A stretch of DNA of 64,000 bases, taken from positions 256,001-320,000 of the forward strand of contig CAVZDU010000006.1 in assembly GCA_963774265.1 (NCBI GenBank), in the 5' to 3' direction. The stretch's first letter is position 1. Each line of letters begins with the position of its first letter. The translations under genes and the position numbers were made by a program. Shown in pieces: positions 41,001 through 49,704 of the stretch. Below the pieces are notes generated by a model. The model did not search any database, was not told the origin of the DNA, and saw only the letters and a list, made by a program, of their open reading frames with translations. Origin of the DNA: an uncultured Chloroflexia bacterium. Lineage in GTDB: Bacteria > Chloroflexota > Anaerolineae > CG2-30-64-16.

Positions 41001-41267
41001 GTCTTCAATCGTGAGACCGATATGGTTATGCACATCTTGCAAGGGCTCGCGAGTCCCCTCCCATCGGAAACTGGTTCGCAAGACAGGGTGTCTCATCAAG
41101 ACCTGTTCCCAGGCCCTCTGGAAGAGAGGAATGTTCAGTCCCTCATGCAACGAACAAAGCACCTGCTGCATGTACAACCCGGACTTGGGGTCGAGTTGAT
41201 ATTGAAACAGCATCGCCTGCTGCATAGGAGACAGCGGGTATGTATCTTCGACGTTCCCGGTTCTCAT
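38025..41267 (-). CDS. Monomodular NRPS C-A-T, A domain predicted to activate serine
   Basis: HHIIADG; YTSGSTGRPKG; FDVSVWEFFWPL, TTIHFVPSM, IICSGE and NLYGPTEAAVDVS give code DVWHISLVDK; T domain GGHSL. Start ATG 41267 (ORF open to 41339). Confidence 0.93.
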   Translation of the reverse strand: MRTGNVEDTYPLSPMQQAMLFQYQLDPKSGLYMQQVLCSLHEGLNIPLFQRAWEQVLMRHPVLRTSFRWEGTREPLQDVHNHIGLTIEDQDWRDLTSASQLSRFEQFLKLDRKRGFDLTQAPLMRLALFRIGDADYELVCTYHHIIADGWARHILVREVFAFYDAYCEGRDLELECPRPYRDHIDWLRQKGASGSEPYWRQLLKGFTAPIALDTISRTGSPNDGREKRGEREIRLAESTTSRLETVVRQHDLTLNALVQGAWALLLSRYADAEDVVFGAVRACRQSTIKGAGSIVGLFLNTLPVRVRISSGKNLVPWLEELREQHVAVRDHEQTPISHVMGWSDVPRGTPLFETIVVFDHARLNTRLRERGGRWLNREFSVIEDPAFALVLHAYGEPELLLRMLFDRRRFDDATIERMLAHLKTLLEGMADNLDRPMSDLPILTAAERHQLLVEWNHTRADYPPGICLHDLFEAQVKRAPEAVAVVFEGGQLTYGELNRRANQLAHYLQRHGVGPEVLVGVHMERTVEMVIALYGILKAGGAYVPLDPEYPADRVAFMLQDAQVQVLLTQKKWAASLPEHGAQVICLDFDWATVAQESADNPASRATAENLAYVIYTSGSTGRPKGVMNTHRGICNRLLWMQDAYRLTEADRVLQKTPFSFDVSVWEFFWPLLIGARLVVARPGGHKDSAYLVSTIIDQKITTIHFVPSMLQLFLEDKDVEACRSLKHIICSGEALPYDLQQRFFERLDAELHNLYGPTEAAVDVSYWQCRPEGDPSRVVPIGRPVANTQLYILDRNGLPSPIGVAGELYIGGVQVARGYLNRPELTAEKFVPDPFSKDPEARLFRTGDRVRYRSDGNIEFLGRLDFQVKVRGFRIELGEIEAVLSQHPAVREAVTLAREDVPGDKRLVAYVVPRPESPLRINELRDYLKERLPEYMVPAAFVRLEALPLTPNGKVSRQSLPAPRWEGQPEEAYSAPKDGLERAIAGIWQELLQVERVGVDDSFFDLGGHSLLIIQAHRRLSEVTDRELNITDMFRFPTIRALARYLSQDRGGGDQTTSQQGVDRGMARREAMMRRRQPR

Positions 41268-41351
41268 CTCCTCATTCTCCTGGGCAGGGCGAAACACTCC
41301 ACCACCGGCTGCTCTGGCGTAAGTCGCAATCCGCTCCACATTCGGATAGAC

Positions 41352-42218
41352 TTACGTTCGAACACCATATCTCCCATTTCCTCCCTCCAGGTCAAACAGG
41401 TTTCTGAATTGCGTCGAAGACATCAGGGGCCGTTCATGCGCTTCAGCCAGGAAATGGATACGCTTGAGCAAGTCCGCGTTCCGAGCTAGGCTGGTTCGCG
41501 CCTGATCGTACCAAATATTGTCCTCCAGGCCGACGCGCACCCCACCGCCCGCAACGATGGCAACCGAATTCATTGTCAATTGATAGTCACCTATACCGGC
41601 CAAGCTCCAATAAGCCCCTGGTGGCAGGTCTCGAATCATCAAGCCAGCATGTAGGAGATCTGCCTGAGCGCAAGCGATGTTTCCCAACAGCAGATTGAAG
41701 TAATGGGGAGCAGTGAGCAACTGTTTGCGCTCAAGATAGTGAGCGTAGTTGATCATCCCCAAATCAAACGCTTCCAGCTCGGGCTTGATGCCACGTTCTT
41801 TCATCGCGCTGGCTAACGCCTGGATCATGTCCGGGGCGTTCATGCTGGCCTGCTTATTGAAGTTGAGTGAGCTCAGTGTCAAGCTCCCCATATCAGGTTT
41901 AAGTGCGCCATCTAGCTGCAGAGGCTCTGCTCGCTTCTCGAATTCCTGAAAGTCTCGTCCGCTCAACGAGACACAGATCACCAACTCCGGTGCAAACTTG
42001 CGTATTCCTGCAATGATGTCTCCGTACAACTCGGCTTTGTATGTGGGCTTGCCTGTGGATTGATCCCTGGCGTGAAGATGTACCATTGTGATCCCAATCT
42101 CCCAGGCTTCTTGCACATCTTCCACGATCTCTGCCACGGTCACTGGGACGAATGGTGTCATCTCTTTGGTGGGTATCATCCCCGTCGGTGTAAAGTTGAT
42201 GATGAGGTTCTCGGCCAT
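41352..42218 (-). CDS. Beta-keto acid cleavage enzyme (BKACE / 3-keto-5-aminohexanoate cleavage enzyme family)
   Basis: VHLHARD, SLTLSSLNF, IKPELEAFD and GVRVGLEDN motifs; start ATG 42218 after AAGGAAG. Confidence 0.9.
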   Translation of the reverse strand: MAENLIINFTPTGMIPTKEMTPFVPVTVAEIVEDVQEAWEIGITMVHLHARDQSTGKPTYKAELYGDIIAGIRKFAPELVICVSLSGRDFQEFEKRAEPLQLDGALKPDMGSLTLSSLNFNKQASMNAPDMIQALASAMKERGIKPELEAFDLGMINYAHYLERKQLLTAPHYFNLLLGNIACAQADLLHAGLMIRDLPPGAYWSLAGIGDYQLTMNSVAIVAGGGVRVGLEDNIWYDQARTSLARNADLLKRIHFLAEAHERPLMSSTQFRNLFDLEGGNGRYGVRT

Positions 42219-42293
42219 GATTACTTCCTTTTTTCGACGATTCAACATCTGCCGTCGAGGTTTTCAGCCAGAAAAAGACGCAGCGTGACTTTG

Positions 42294-43295
42294 CTACCAG
42301 TTCTTGACACTGTCCTGCCTGACCCAACTTTCGAGGTCCAAGTTCTGCTCCTGGATCCAGGCGATGTATCGGTCCAGTCCGGTGTCGATATCCGTCTCGG
42401 CCACGAAGCCAAGCTCCTGCTTTGCCTTCGTGACGTCGGCCAGGATCTTCTCGATGTCAGCGGGCCGGTCCTCGTGGAGGTACAATGGCTCGATATCCGT
42501 GCGGCCGAGCTTCTTGAGAATGAGCTGGCAGAGGGTGGTGATATCCACGTCCTGCCCGCGGGCCAGGTTCACGGCTTGCCCCACCAGCGCATCGCTCTCG
42601 GCAGCCAGGAGGATGCCCCGGACGATATCGTCGACATAGGTGAAGTCCCGCGACTGCTTGCCGTTGCCAAAGATCACCGGCCTAAGCCCCGCCATCGTTC
42701 GGAACATGAATCTGGGGATGACTTCGGCCCTGGTTCCCTCCGACTGCTCGCGTGGGCCGTAGGTATTAAAGAGTCGCACGATTGAAATGGGCAGGCCGTA
42801 TGTCTTGTAGTAACTCAGGGCGTATAGCTCGCCCGCTGCCTTGGCCGCCCCGTAAACGTTGGTCGGCCGCATGGGGTGATTCTCATCGAGCGGATAATAG
42901 AGGGCGCTGCCGTAAACTTCTCCTGTGGAGACATATAGGAACCGCTCGACCTTGTTCTGCAATGCCGCCTGGCACATATATAGGGAACCGGTGGCGACGA
43001 CCTCGTGCGCCCGGATGGGATCGTGCAGGCCGGTGCGCAAACAAATGACGGCCAGGTGCAAGATGACGTCCACACCCTGTGCCAGACGCACCATCTCGTC
43101 CCGATCGCAGATGTCGGCCCGCTCAATCTGAACCTGCGGCTTGCCCCGGTGATGGGCAATGTACTCCTCTTTGCCGAAGGAGAAATCATCCACGATCACC
43201 ACCTGGTTGTCGTTGGCCACGAGACGGTCCACCAGGTGACTCCCGATGAACCCGGCACCGCCCGTCACCATCACTCGTTTACCCGTCAATTTCAT
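42294..43295 (-). CDS. NAD-dependent nucleotide-sugar epimerase/dehydratase
   Basis: TGGAGFIGSH, YGAAK, FNTYGPRE and RDFTYV motifs. Confidence 0.9.
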   Translation of the reverse strand: MKLTGKRVMVTGGAGFIGSHLVDRLVANDNQVVIVDDFSFGKEEYIAHHRGKPQVQIERADICDRDEMVRLAQGVDVILHLAVICLRTGLHDPIRAHEVVATGSLYMCQAALQNKVERFLYVSTGEVYGSALYYPLDENHPMRPTNVYGAAKAAGELYALSYYKTYGLPISIVRLFNTYGPREQSEGTRAEVIPRFMFRTMAGLRPVIFGNGKQSRDFTYVDDIVRGILLAAESDALVGQAVNLARGQDVDITTLCQLILKKLGRTDIEPLYLHEDRPADIEKILADVTKAKQELGFVAETDIDTGLDRYIAWIQEQNLDLESWVRQDSVKNW

Positions 43296-43346
43296 GAGTT
43301 GTTACCTTTCTGCGCATGAGATTCTGTTGGTGTGAAATGCCATCCA

Positions 43347-44090
43347 TTAGCCGGCGCTCTTGCGACGCAGGACCATGAGGGGTGTTTGTACCATGATCTT
43401 GAGGTCAAGCCAGAGGGACCGATGCTCGACATAGTAAAGGTCCAACTCGATCATTTCCTGATAGTCCATCTTGCAGTGGCCAGCGACCTGCCACAGCCCC
43501 GTGAGCCCGGGTGTTGCGGCCAGCCGTTGGCGCTGCCGAGGACTGTACATCTCCCATTCATAGAGGGTCGGCGGCCGCGGGCCAACCAGGCTCATATCTC
43601 CGATGAGCACATTCCAGAGCTGCGGCAGCTCGTCAAGGCTGGTCTTGCGCAGAAGCCGACCCATGCGGGTGATCCGGGCGTCACCGGCCAAGGCGGAGGC
43701 TGCCGTCTGAGGGACATTGGAAGCGGCCGTGTCGTTTTGCCTCTCCTCAAGGAGCTTGCGGACCAGATCGCGGTGGGCCTGGGGATCGGTGTCCTTATGC
43801 ATGGTGCGAAACTTATAGAACGTGAACGGCTCGACCTGCACCTCTGCGTCGAACCCCTCTGCCTTGCGCCGCCGGGTTACTCGCGGTTGTTTGAATATAG
43901 CCGGTCCTGGGCTGTCGAACACCACCAGCAAGGCAATAAGGAGCATGACCGGCGCCAGCACGAGTAAGGCAACCGACACAACCGATACGTCAAGGAGTCT
44001 TTTGCACGCCAGGTAGATCCACTGGCGTTCGCCCTGCTCTGCAATCGGAATTGGATCGTCGGAGGCTTGTTGACTGTAGGTTTGTGTCAT
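43347..44090 (-). CDS. Phosphoglycosyl transferase (Bac_transf)
   Basis: [34 protein letters not shown] and PGLTGLWQV motifs. Confidence 0.93.
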   Translation of the reverse strand: MTQTYSQQASDDPIPIAEQGERQWIYLACKRLLDVSVVSVALLVLAPVMLLIALLVVFDSPGPAIFKQPRVTRRRKAEGFDAEVQVEPFTFYKFRTMHKDTDPQAHRDLVRKLLEERQNDTAASNVPQTAASALAGDARITRMGRLLRKTSLDELPQLWNVLIGDMSLVGPRPPTLYEWEMYSPRQRQRLAATPGLTGLWQVAGHCKMDYQEMIELDLYYVEHRSLWLDLKIMVQTPLMVLRRKSAG

Positions 44091-45364
44091 GCCTTTGCGG
44101 TCCTTTCCTCGTGGTGGATGTCCGGCTCTTTCCAGGGCTCAGCAGGAAGGGAACGGGATGGTCGCTCCGGGTCATGTGCTAACACCAACCGATGACTGTT
44201 CTCGTCGAGCGTAAGAGTGCCCCACACCAGGCGAGGGTCCTGGGCTCCGGCGACGTCCCCCGAGCGAACGCGCCACCAGCGAGCTGCCTCACTCGGCAAA
44301 GCATGCCAGTACCCATTTTGTTCCTTCATCTCCCGGAGCAGGCTGGCATAAACCTGCCAGGTGATCGGGTCGCGCAGATAGTCAGGATGCGTGTTCATCA
44401 GCGCCAGGCCCGAGTACTGCTTGATGAACTCGATTTTTTGCAGCCACACCCGCGGCGTTTTCTCACCCAGGGTCCGCACCAGGGTGTAATCCTGCACCAT
44501 GGTAAGCGGCAGCTCGAGGAGCTTGCCCACCCTAAACGGCCAGATGCACATCGTGCCCCCGGGAACGGGCTCGTACGGATCGGTATCGAAGAATGACAGA
44601 TCGTATTCGACGTCCAGGACCTGCATCCACTCCGGCTGGCGATGAAAGAGAGGCGTGCGAAAGCCCACCGCGCCCAAGGCACGCAGGTGATCGTTGATCC
44701 GCCGCGCTCGTCGCTCAAACTCGGCGCGCGAGCGAAACAAATGTCCATCGTGTTTGAGCCCGTGAACCCCAATCTCGAACCCGCGCGTGCGCAACTCATC
44801 CATGAGGGCAAGATCCAGGGGATAACGCTCCGCGACGAAGTTAAAACTGGATCGAAACCCCAGGCTTTCCTCCAAATCCGCTACCGCCCGCACAAAGGCC
44901 TGGCCCTGGGCTGTCTCGATGTCGTGAGTCAGCACGAACGCGAACTGGCAGCCATCGGGCCAGAAATGGCGGTACCTGATGGATGGGTGGCTGCTGCCGA
45001 GCAACACGTCCAACATCACCTGCCACAAGAAGCGGACATATCGATCCTCGATGGGCCAGCCGAGAACAAACTCCCGGGAGGCGGAGCGGCTGTGGATTCG
45101 CCGCAGGAGGGCGATGAGCGGTCGTGGCATGAACGGCTTGACCCGGTAGTACATCCGCCGCGGATAACTCAGCCGCCAGTGGTCCGGGCCAAACTGGCCT
45201 TCGCCCAGGACAAGTGCCAGTAGCTCGTCCACGTCGTGTGGCTGAAGGGACAGACCCAAGACAGGGAGCGCCCGCTGGATTGCCGCTTTCCACTGATCCT
45301 CCGGAACACCAGGCTGGGGGAGCCAAAAATGTGCCGGGGTATTGGAACTCCAAAGGTTCGTCAT
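44087..45364 (-). CDS. Polysaccharide deacetylase-like (NodB/CE4 fold) protein
   Basis: LTHDIE, EIGVHGLKH, GFRTP, YDLS and THPDY motifs. Confidence 0.8.
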   Translation of the reverse strand: MTNLWSSNTPAHFWLPQPGVPEDQWKAAIQRALPVLGLSLQPHDVDELLALVLGEGQFGPDHWRLSYPRRMYYRVKPFMPRPLIALLRRIHSRSASREFVLGWPIEDRYVRFLWQVMLDVLLGSSHPSIRYRHFWPDGCQFAFVLTHDIETAQGQAFVRAVADLEESLGFRSSFNFVAERYPLDLALMDELRTRGFEIGVHGLKHDGHLFRSRAEFERRARRINDHLRALGAVGFRTPLFHRQPEWMQVLDVEYDLSFFDTDPYEPVPGGTMCIWPFRVGKLLELPLTMVQDYTLVRTLGEKTPRVWLQKIEFIKQYSGLALMNTHPDYLRDPITWQVYASLLREMKEQNGYWHALPSEAARWWRVRSGDVAGAQDPRLVWGTLTLDENSHRLVLAHDPERPSRSLPAEPWKEPDIHHEERTAKA

Positions 45365-46185
45365 TATCCGTCCTCAACATTATAACGAGCCAGGATTGAG
45401 CTTCCAGCCTTGACGTAGTCGCCTGGCGTCACCTCAATCTTTACATCCTCTCGGTCCGGAATAATGATGGCAACCAGCGAACCGAACCGGATCATGCCCA
45501 ACCGTTGTCCTGCACCTACGGTGTCTCCCACTTTCAGATAGGTCTGAACGCATCGCACAAGGCGCGAGGCGATCTGAACAACGCCGACGTTCAGGGAATC
45601 ACCCTCGATGACGGTCGTGGCGCGCTCGTTAACAAATGGCGCCTCGTCTCTCCGCAAGGATATGAACTTGCCGGCGATATGCTTTGTCAACTTGACTTGG
45701 CCAGGAATCGGGCACCGGTTTACATGCACATCCAGCAAGCTCATGCCCACTCCAACCACGTGGACCGCACTCGTCGCCAGGGCAGTGCCTGTGAGCTCGT
45801 CAAGACGGTAGTCCCTTCCACCCTTGCTCACCACCGTCGTCGCGTCCTCAGCAATATGCCAGACATACGCTACCTCTCCATCCGCAGCAGACAGAACAAC
45901 CCCGTTCATCTCGGGTGGGACGCGCTCCGGATCTCTCCAGAAACGTCGCAGGACCAGGAACAATGCGAAGACAAGAGCAGCTGATATCTGACCGACGGCA
46001 ATGATACCAAGACCAAACACCGACCTGGCCAGGGGATAGATCCAGATAAACGGCAAAGCTGTCAGAACCACGGTAACTGCTATTCCGACCAAGGCCTGTC
46101 GCTTCGGCAAATCCCACTTCATCGCCAATGCTGACATAAGTAGCCCGGAAAGTGCAGCGCCGAGGGCCGTTAGTTCTAAGCTCAT
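45364..46185 (-). CDS. psd: Phosphatidylserine decarboxylase-family (pyruvoyl) proenzyme with N-terminal TM segments
   Basis: FWRDPER, SAADGEV, DVHVNRCP, NER and GMIRFGS cleavage motif. Confidence 0.85.
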   Translation of the reverse strand: MSLELTALGAALSGLLMSALAMKWDLPKRQALVGIAVTVVLTALPFIWIYPLARSVFGLGIIAVGQISAALVFALFLVLRRFWRDPERVPPEMNGVVLSAADGEVAYVWHIAEDATTVVSKGGRDYRLDELTGTALATSAVHVVGVGMSLLDVHVNRCPIPGQVKLTKHIAGKFISLRRDEAPFVNERATTVIEGDSLNVGVVQIASRLVRCVQTYLKVGDTVGAGQRLGMIRFGSLVAIIIPDREDVKIEVTPGDYVKAGSSILARYNVEDG

Positions 46186-46211
46186 ATTAGCCTCACAACC
46201 TCGGAGACCAT

Positions 46212-47393
46212 CTAGAACCCCCTGTTCGACAAGTAGTTATAGGGACCGAGAAACAGGTCAGCTATGAATGGCAGGGGATCGCGAAAGGAGAGCACTGCGT
46301 CCTCTATATCACCAGACATAGATGTCAAGTACTGGCGTAGGGTCAGTCGACCGGACAGAATCTCAGAGGCAACTGTGGGAATGTCCGTCACGAGCCGGAC
46401 CCACTTTACGTTCTCACGGGCTGAACCGACTGGCGCTTCCTTTCCGGCAGCGTGGGCGTAGGCCAGGTAGGGTAGATCAAGCCCGGCGCGAATCGCAATA
46501 GTGTGCCAGCCCCAAATTCTGGGATTGACCTCCAGGAACTCAAATCGCCCATCTTTGCTATCGTACATGAATTCGACCTCGGCCAGGCCAGTGAAGGCGA
46601 TGCCCGTCAGCAATTGGGTCGCCAGCTTCTCCAATTCGGGAACGTTGACGGTCTCAACGTAGGTGCTGGCCCGGCCAAATTCCATCGGGTGTTGGCGCCG
46701 CCGTCTCGCTGACAGACCGGCAATCGGTGTGCCATCCCTAAAGAACCCGACGTATGAATACAGACTCTCAGCCCCGCCGGGGATAAGCTCCTGGATCAGG
46801 ATCTCAGATGGTTTCATGATTTCGGTGGTTTGCCTATAGAGACTGATGAGTTCTTCCTGATTGTTCGCCCGATATGCTTTTTTCTTGGTGGCAGCCATGA
46901 AATGCTTGCTTACAGTGGGTTTGATAACCAATGGAAAATCCAGGTTTAGCGACATGAGTTCATTCACGTCCCGCGGATTGCAGGTCTTGGGAATAGGTAC
47001 TGCCTGCTCTTCGGCTAACCGCTGGGTGAGCCGTTTATCGTATAGGAACTGGACAGTCTCCCATGGCGGAACCGTGACGAGGTAGCGCTCGCTTATGCGC
47101 CTCCAATGCTGCGCCAGTATTCTTACCGAGTCGTCGGTGCTGGGGAAAAGGACCCAACCATCCATGTTCTTCTCCGCAGCAATTCGCAGAAGGAACTCGA
47201 CGAAACCAGCTTCATCGTCAAACGATGGGCACCTCAGGAAACTCCTCACGTATCTTGAGAACTGGCTGACACAGACCCCGTTGTCTAGAACGCACACGGG
47301 CACGCCGTGTTTGGCCAAATTTCGAGCCGCTCCCAGGCTGTGAAAGCCGCCGCCGATAATCACGGCCCCGGGTTCTCTGCTGCTTCGACTCAT
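46212..47393 (-). CDS. ATP-grasp carboxylate-amine ligase (D-aspartate-ligase-like)
   Basis: FPLVIKP, IQELIPGG, RRRQHPMEFG and EVNPRIWGW motifs. Confidence 0.85.
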   Translation of the reverse strand: MSRSSREPGAVIIGGGFHSLGAARNLAKHGVPVCVLDNGVCVSQFSRYVRSFLRCPSFDDEAGFVEFLLRIAAEKNMDGWVLFPSTDDSVRILAQHWRRISERYLVTVPPWETVQFLYDKRLTQRLAEEQAVPIPKTCNPRDVNELMSLNLDFPLVIKPTVSKHFMAATKKKAYRANNQEELISLYRQTTEIMKPSEILIQELIPGGAESLYSYVGFFRDGTPIAGLSARRRRQHPMEFGRASTYVETVNVPELEKLATQLLTGIAFTGLAEVEFMYDSKDGRFEFLEVNPRIWGWHTIAIRAGLDLPYLAYAHAAGKEAPVGSARENVKWVRLVTDIPTVASEILSGRLTLRQYLTSMSGDIEDAVLSFRDPLPFIADLFLGPYNYLSNRGF

Positions 47394-47431
47394 AGTACAA
47401 ACACCCCCCGAACGAATAGGTCAGCCAACAT

Positions 47432-48664
47432 CTACGAATTTTTCCCCGCCAGGGCAGTGTCGTAGGCCCGGAGTAGCTCGTCTTTTTGACCTTCCCAGCT
47501 CAGATAGTTCACAAATCTCTGGCGACCCAGCGCACCCATGCGTTGCCGACGCTCAGAATCGTCCAGCAGAGCCACAATCGCCCTGCCATAGCCCTGTATG
47601 TCCCCCGACTGCACGTAGGTGGCCGATTCCTGAGCAGTGTATCGAGATTCAGGGAGGTCATAGGCCACGATCGGCTTGCCCATCGCCATGTACTCACCGA
47701 TCTTGATGAAGGTCGAACGCGCATTGAAGGGCGTTAGCGGCTCGGGGGACAGGCAGACGTCGGCGGTGCACAGATACTGACGCATGAGCAAGTTATCGAG
47801 CATACCCGGCATAACCACGACGTCCTGCAACCCCCAGGCGACCACCTGTTTCAGCGCTTGGGAGCGAACAGCCCCGTCGCCCAGGAGATTAAAGAGGATA
47901 TCGCGTCGGCCCAGATCGTGGACCAGGTAGCGGATGGACGAAAGCAGCTCCAGCACTCCATCGTCTTCGCCCATCACCCCTGCATAGCAGGCTGAGTAGG
48001 GGAACCCGCGTTTCAGGGCGGGTACGGGCTCAACCGGCACGAATCGGTCCTGTTTCGGGCCATTGCGCACAACCCTGACCCGGTTCGCCGGCACCCCTCC
48101 CCGTTCCATCGCGATCCGTCGGTAGGACTCATTGGTCGATATGACGGCATTAGCGCTGCGGAACGTCAGATATTCCGTCACTCGAGCCAGGGCATGAAGA
48201 AGTCTGCCAGGCAGGCCACGGAAGCGCCAGGCTACGACCTCGGGGAAAAGATCATGATGATCGAAAACGACCCGGGCGCCTAGCAACCGGTAGAAGAAGC
48301 CGATCGGGAAGAAGATATCAGGTGGATTGCAGAAGTGGATGACGTCAAAGTGCTTAGCGCGCCATACACGCCATGACAGTCTGGCAATGGAAATCCAGGC
48401 AGTGATGTATTCATTCACGTAGCCCAACGCGCCGTCCTGTGCATGGTCCAGCGGGAAACGGAAGATCATCACACCCTCAAGGCTGTCCGCTAGGCCAAAC
48501 ACCACGGGAGCCGGTTTGCGCGCGCCGATTTTTTCTTCAGTTGGACAGATTACGGTTGTCTGCCAACCAGCATCTCGCAGCGTTGTAGCTTCATACCAGA
48601 CACGAACGTCTTCCGGTACGGACGCATTCTCTACAACAATCAGGGCCTTCCTGGTGTTCGACAC
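47432..48664 (-). CDS. Glycosyltransferase family 4 (WbuB-like)
   Basis: D.RVWYEA, CNPPD, FDHHDLFPE and KIGEYMAMGKP motifs. Confidence 0.9.
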   Translation of the reverse strand: MSNTRKALIVVENASVPEDVRVWYEATTLRDAGWQTTVICPTEEKIGARKPAPVVFGLADSLEGVMIFRFPLDHAQDGALGYVNEYITAWISIARLSWRVWRAKHFDVIHFCNPPDIFFPIGFFYRLLGARVVFDHHDLFPEVVAWRFRGLPGRLLHALARVTEYLTFRSANAVISTNESYRRIAMERGGVPANRVRVVRNGPKQDRFVPVEPVPALKRGFPYSACYAGVMGEDDGVLELLSSIRYLVHDLGRRDILFNLLGDGAVRSQALKQVVAWGLQDVVVMPGMLDNLLMRQYLCTADVCLSPEPLTPFNARSTFIKIGEYMAMGKPIVAYDLPESRYTAQESATYVQSGDIQGYGRAIVALLDDSERRQRMGALGRQRFVNYLSWEGQKDELLRAYDTALAGKNS

Positions 48665-48729
48665 GCCTTAGTCTCCTTCTTGCCCCAGGTTCAACTACGA
48701 ATTGCACGACGATGCATCTTCGATATCCA

Positions 48730-49704
48730 CTATACCGGTTGTCCATGTAATAACCGCTGGAGTTCGGCGAACTTCTGTTCCCACTCGGCTTGAAGCCGCT
48801 CCTGCAAGACAAGAATCTCTTGCTGCAACCTGGTCTGTTCCCGCCGGGCCAGGCACACTCCTTCACAGATACCCTCTGCAGTGTTGGAGACGTGAACTGT
48901 CCCTGCTGAGAAGTAGTCCCGCAGAACCGGCCAGTCGGATACAATCAGAGGAGTCCCAACGGATACGGCCTCAAACGCGCCCATGAGCAGAGTATGATCG
49001 CCAGTCGTCAAGACCATGATGGCATCCACTCCTCGTAACAACCCCACGTAGTGTTCATAGGAGAGATAGCCTGTCAAGAGGCAATTGCCAGGTATCTTGG
49101 ACAACAAAGGCTGCGCGATGCGCCTAGAGTCCCCCGTGACATAGAAACGCACCTCTGGAAGGAGCGCCGCCGCCTGGAACACAAGGTCGACGGGCTCATC
49201 CGACAGAAAGCTGCTGACCACCGCCACATTGAACTGCCCATCGAGGGCAAAGTCGTCACCTGGGGGATAGCTGCCAGGCGTGAAACCAATCACCAGGTAG
49301 CGACATCCCCACTCCTTCACGATCTGCTCTTGCGAGGAATTGTGCACGATAGTGGCTAGCGCGCCCTTCGAGAGTCGACGATGAAGCCCCACGGACCAGC
49401 GCCATTTTGGCGAAAGGAAAGCCCCCGTGTGGGAATCAATGACATATTTGGCGCCGTATCGTCGTGCATAGAAAAAAGCAACCAAGACACAGAATATCGG
49501 TGGGTTCTGCACAAAGACGATATCAGGCCGATCTTTACACAGCGCGCGCCAAGTCCGCCAAGCTTGCACCGCATATTTGATCGGGAGACGGAGCACCCTG
49601 CATGGTGGCTCATAGTGAATGAAATATGCCGTAGCGCCTAAGTGCTGTGCAAGAAGGTCACTACGACGGTGGTAACCCATCCAGGCAACGAACGCAATCT
49701 TCAA
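48730..49704 (-). CDS. Glycosyltransferase, GT4-like
   Basis: QNPP, DSHTGAF and AFEAVSVGTPLIVSD motifs. Confidence 0.85.
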   Translation of the reverse strand: MKIAFVAWMGYHRRSDLLAQHLGATAYFIHYEPPCRVLRLPIKYAVQAWRTWRALCKDRPDIVFVQNPPIFCVLVAFFYARRYGAKYVIDSHTGAFLSPKWRWSVGLHRRLSKGALATIVHNSSQEQIVKEWGCRYLVIGFTPGSYPPGDDFALDGQFNVAVVSSFLSDEPVDLVFQAAALLPEVRFYVTGDSRRIAQPLLSKIPGNCLLTGYLSYEHYVGLLRGVDAIMVLTTGDHTLLMGAFEAVSVGTPLIVSDWPVLRDYFSAGTVHVSNTAEGICEGVCLARREQTRLQQEILVLQERLQAEWEQKFAELQRLLHGQPV

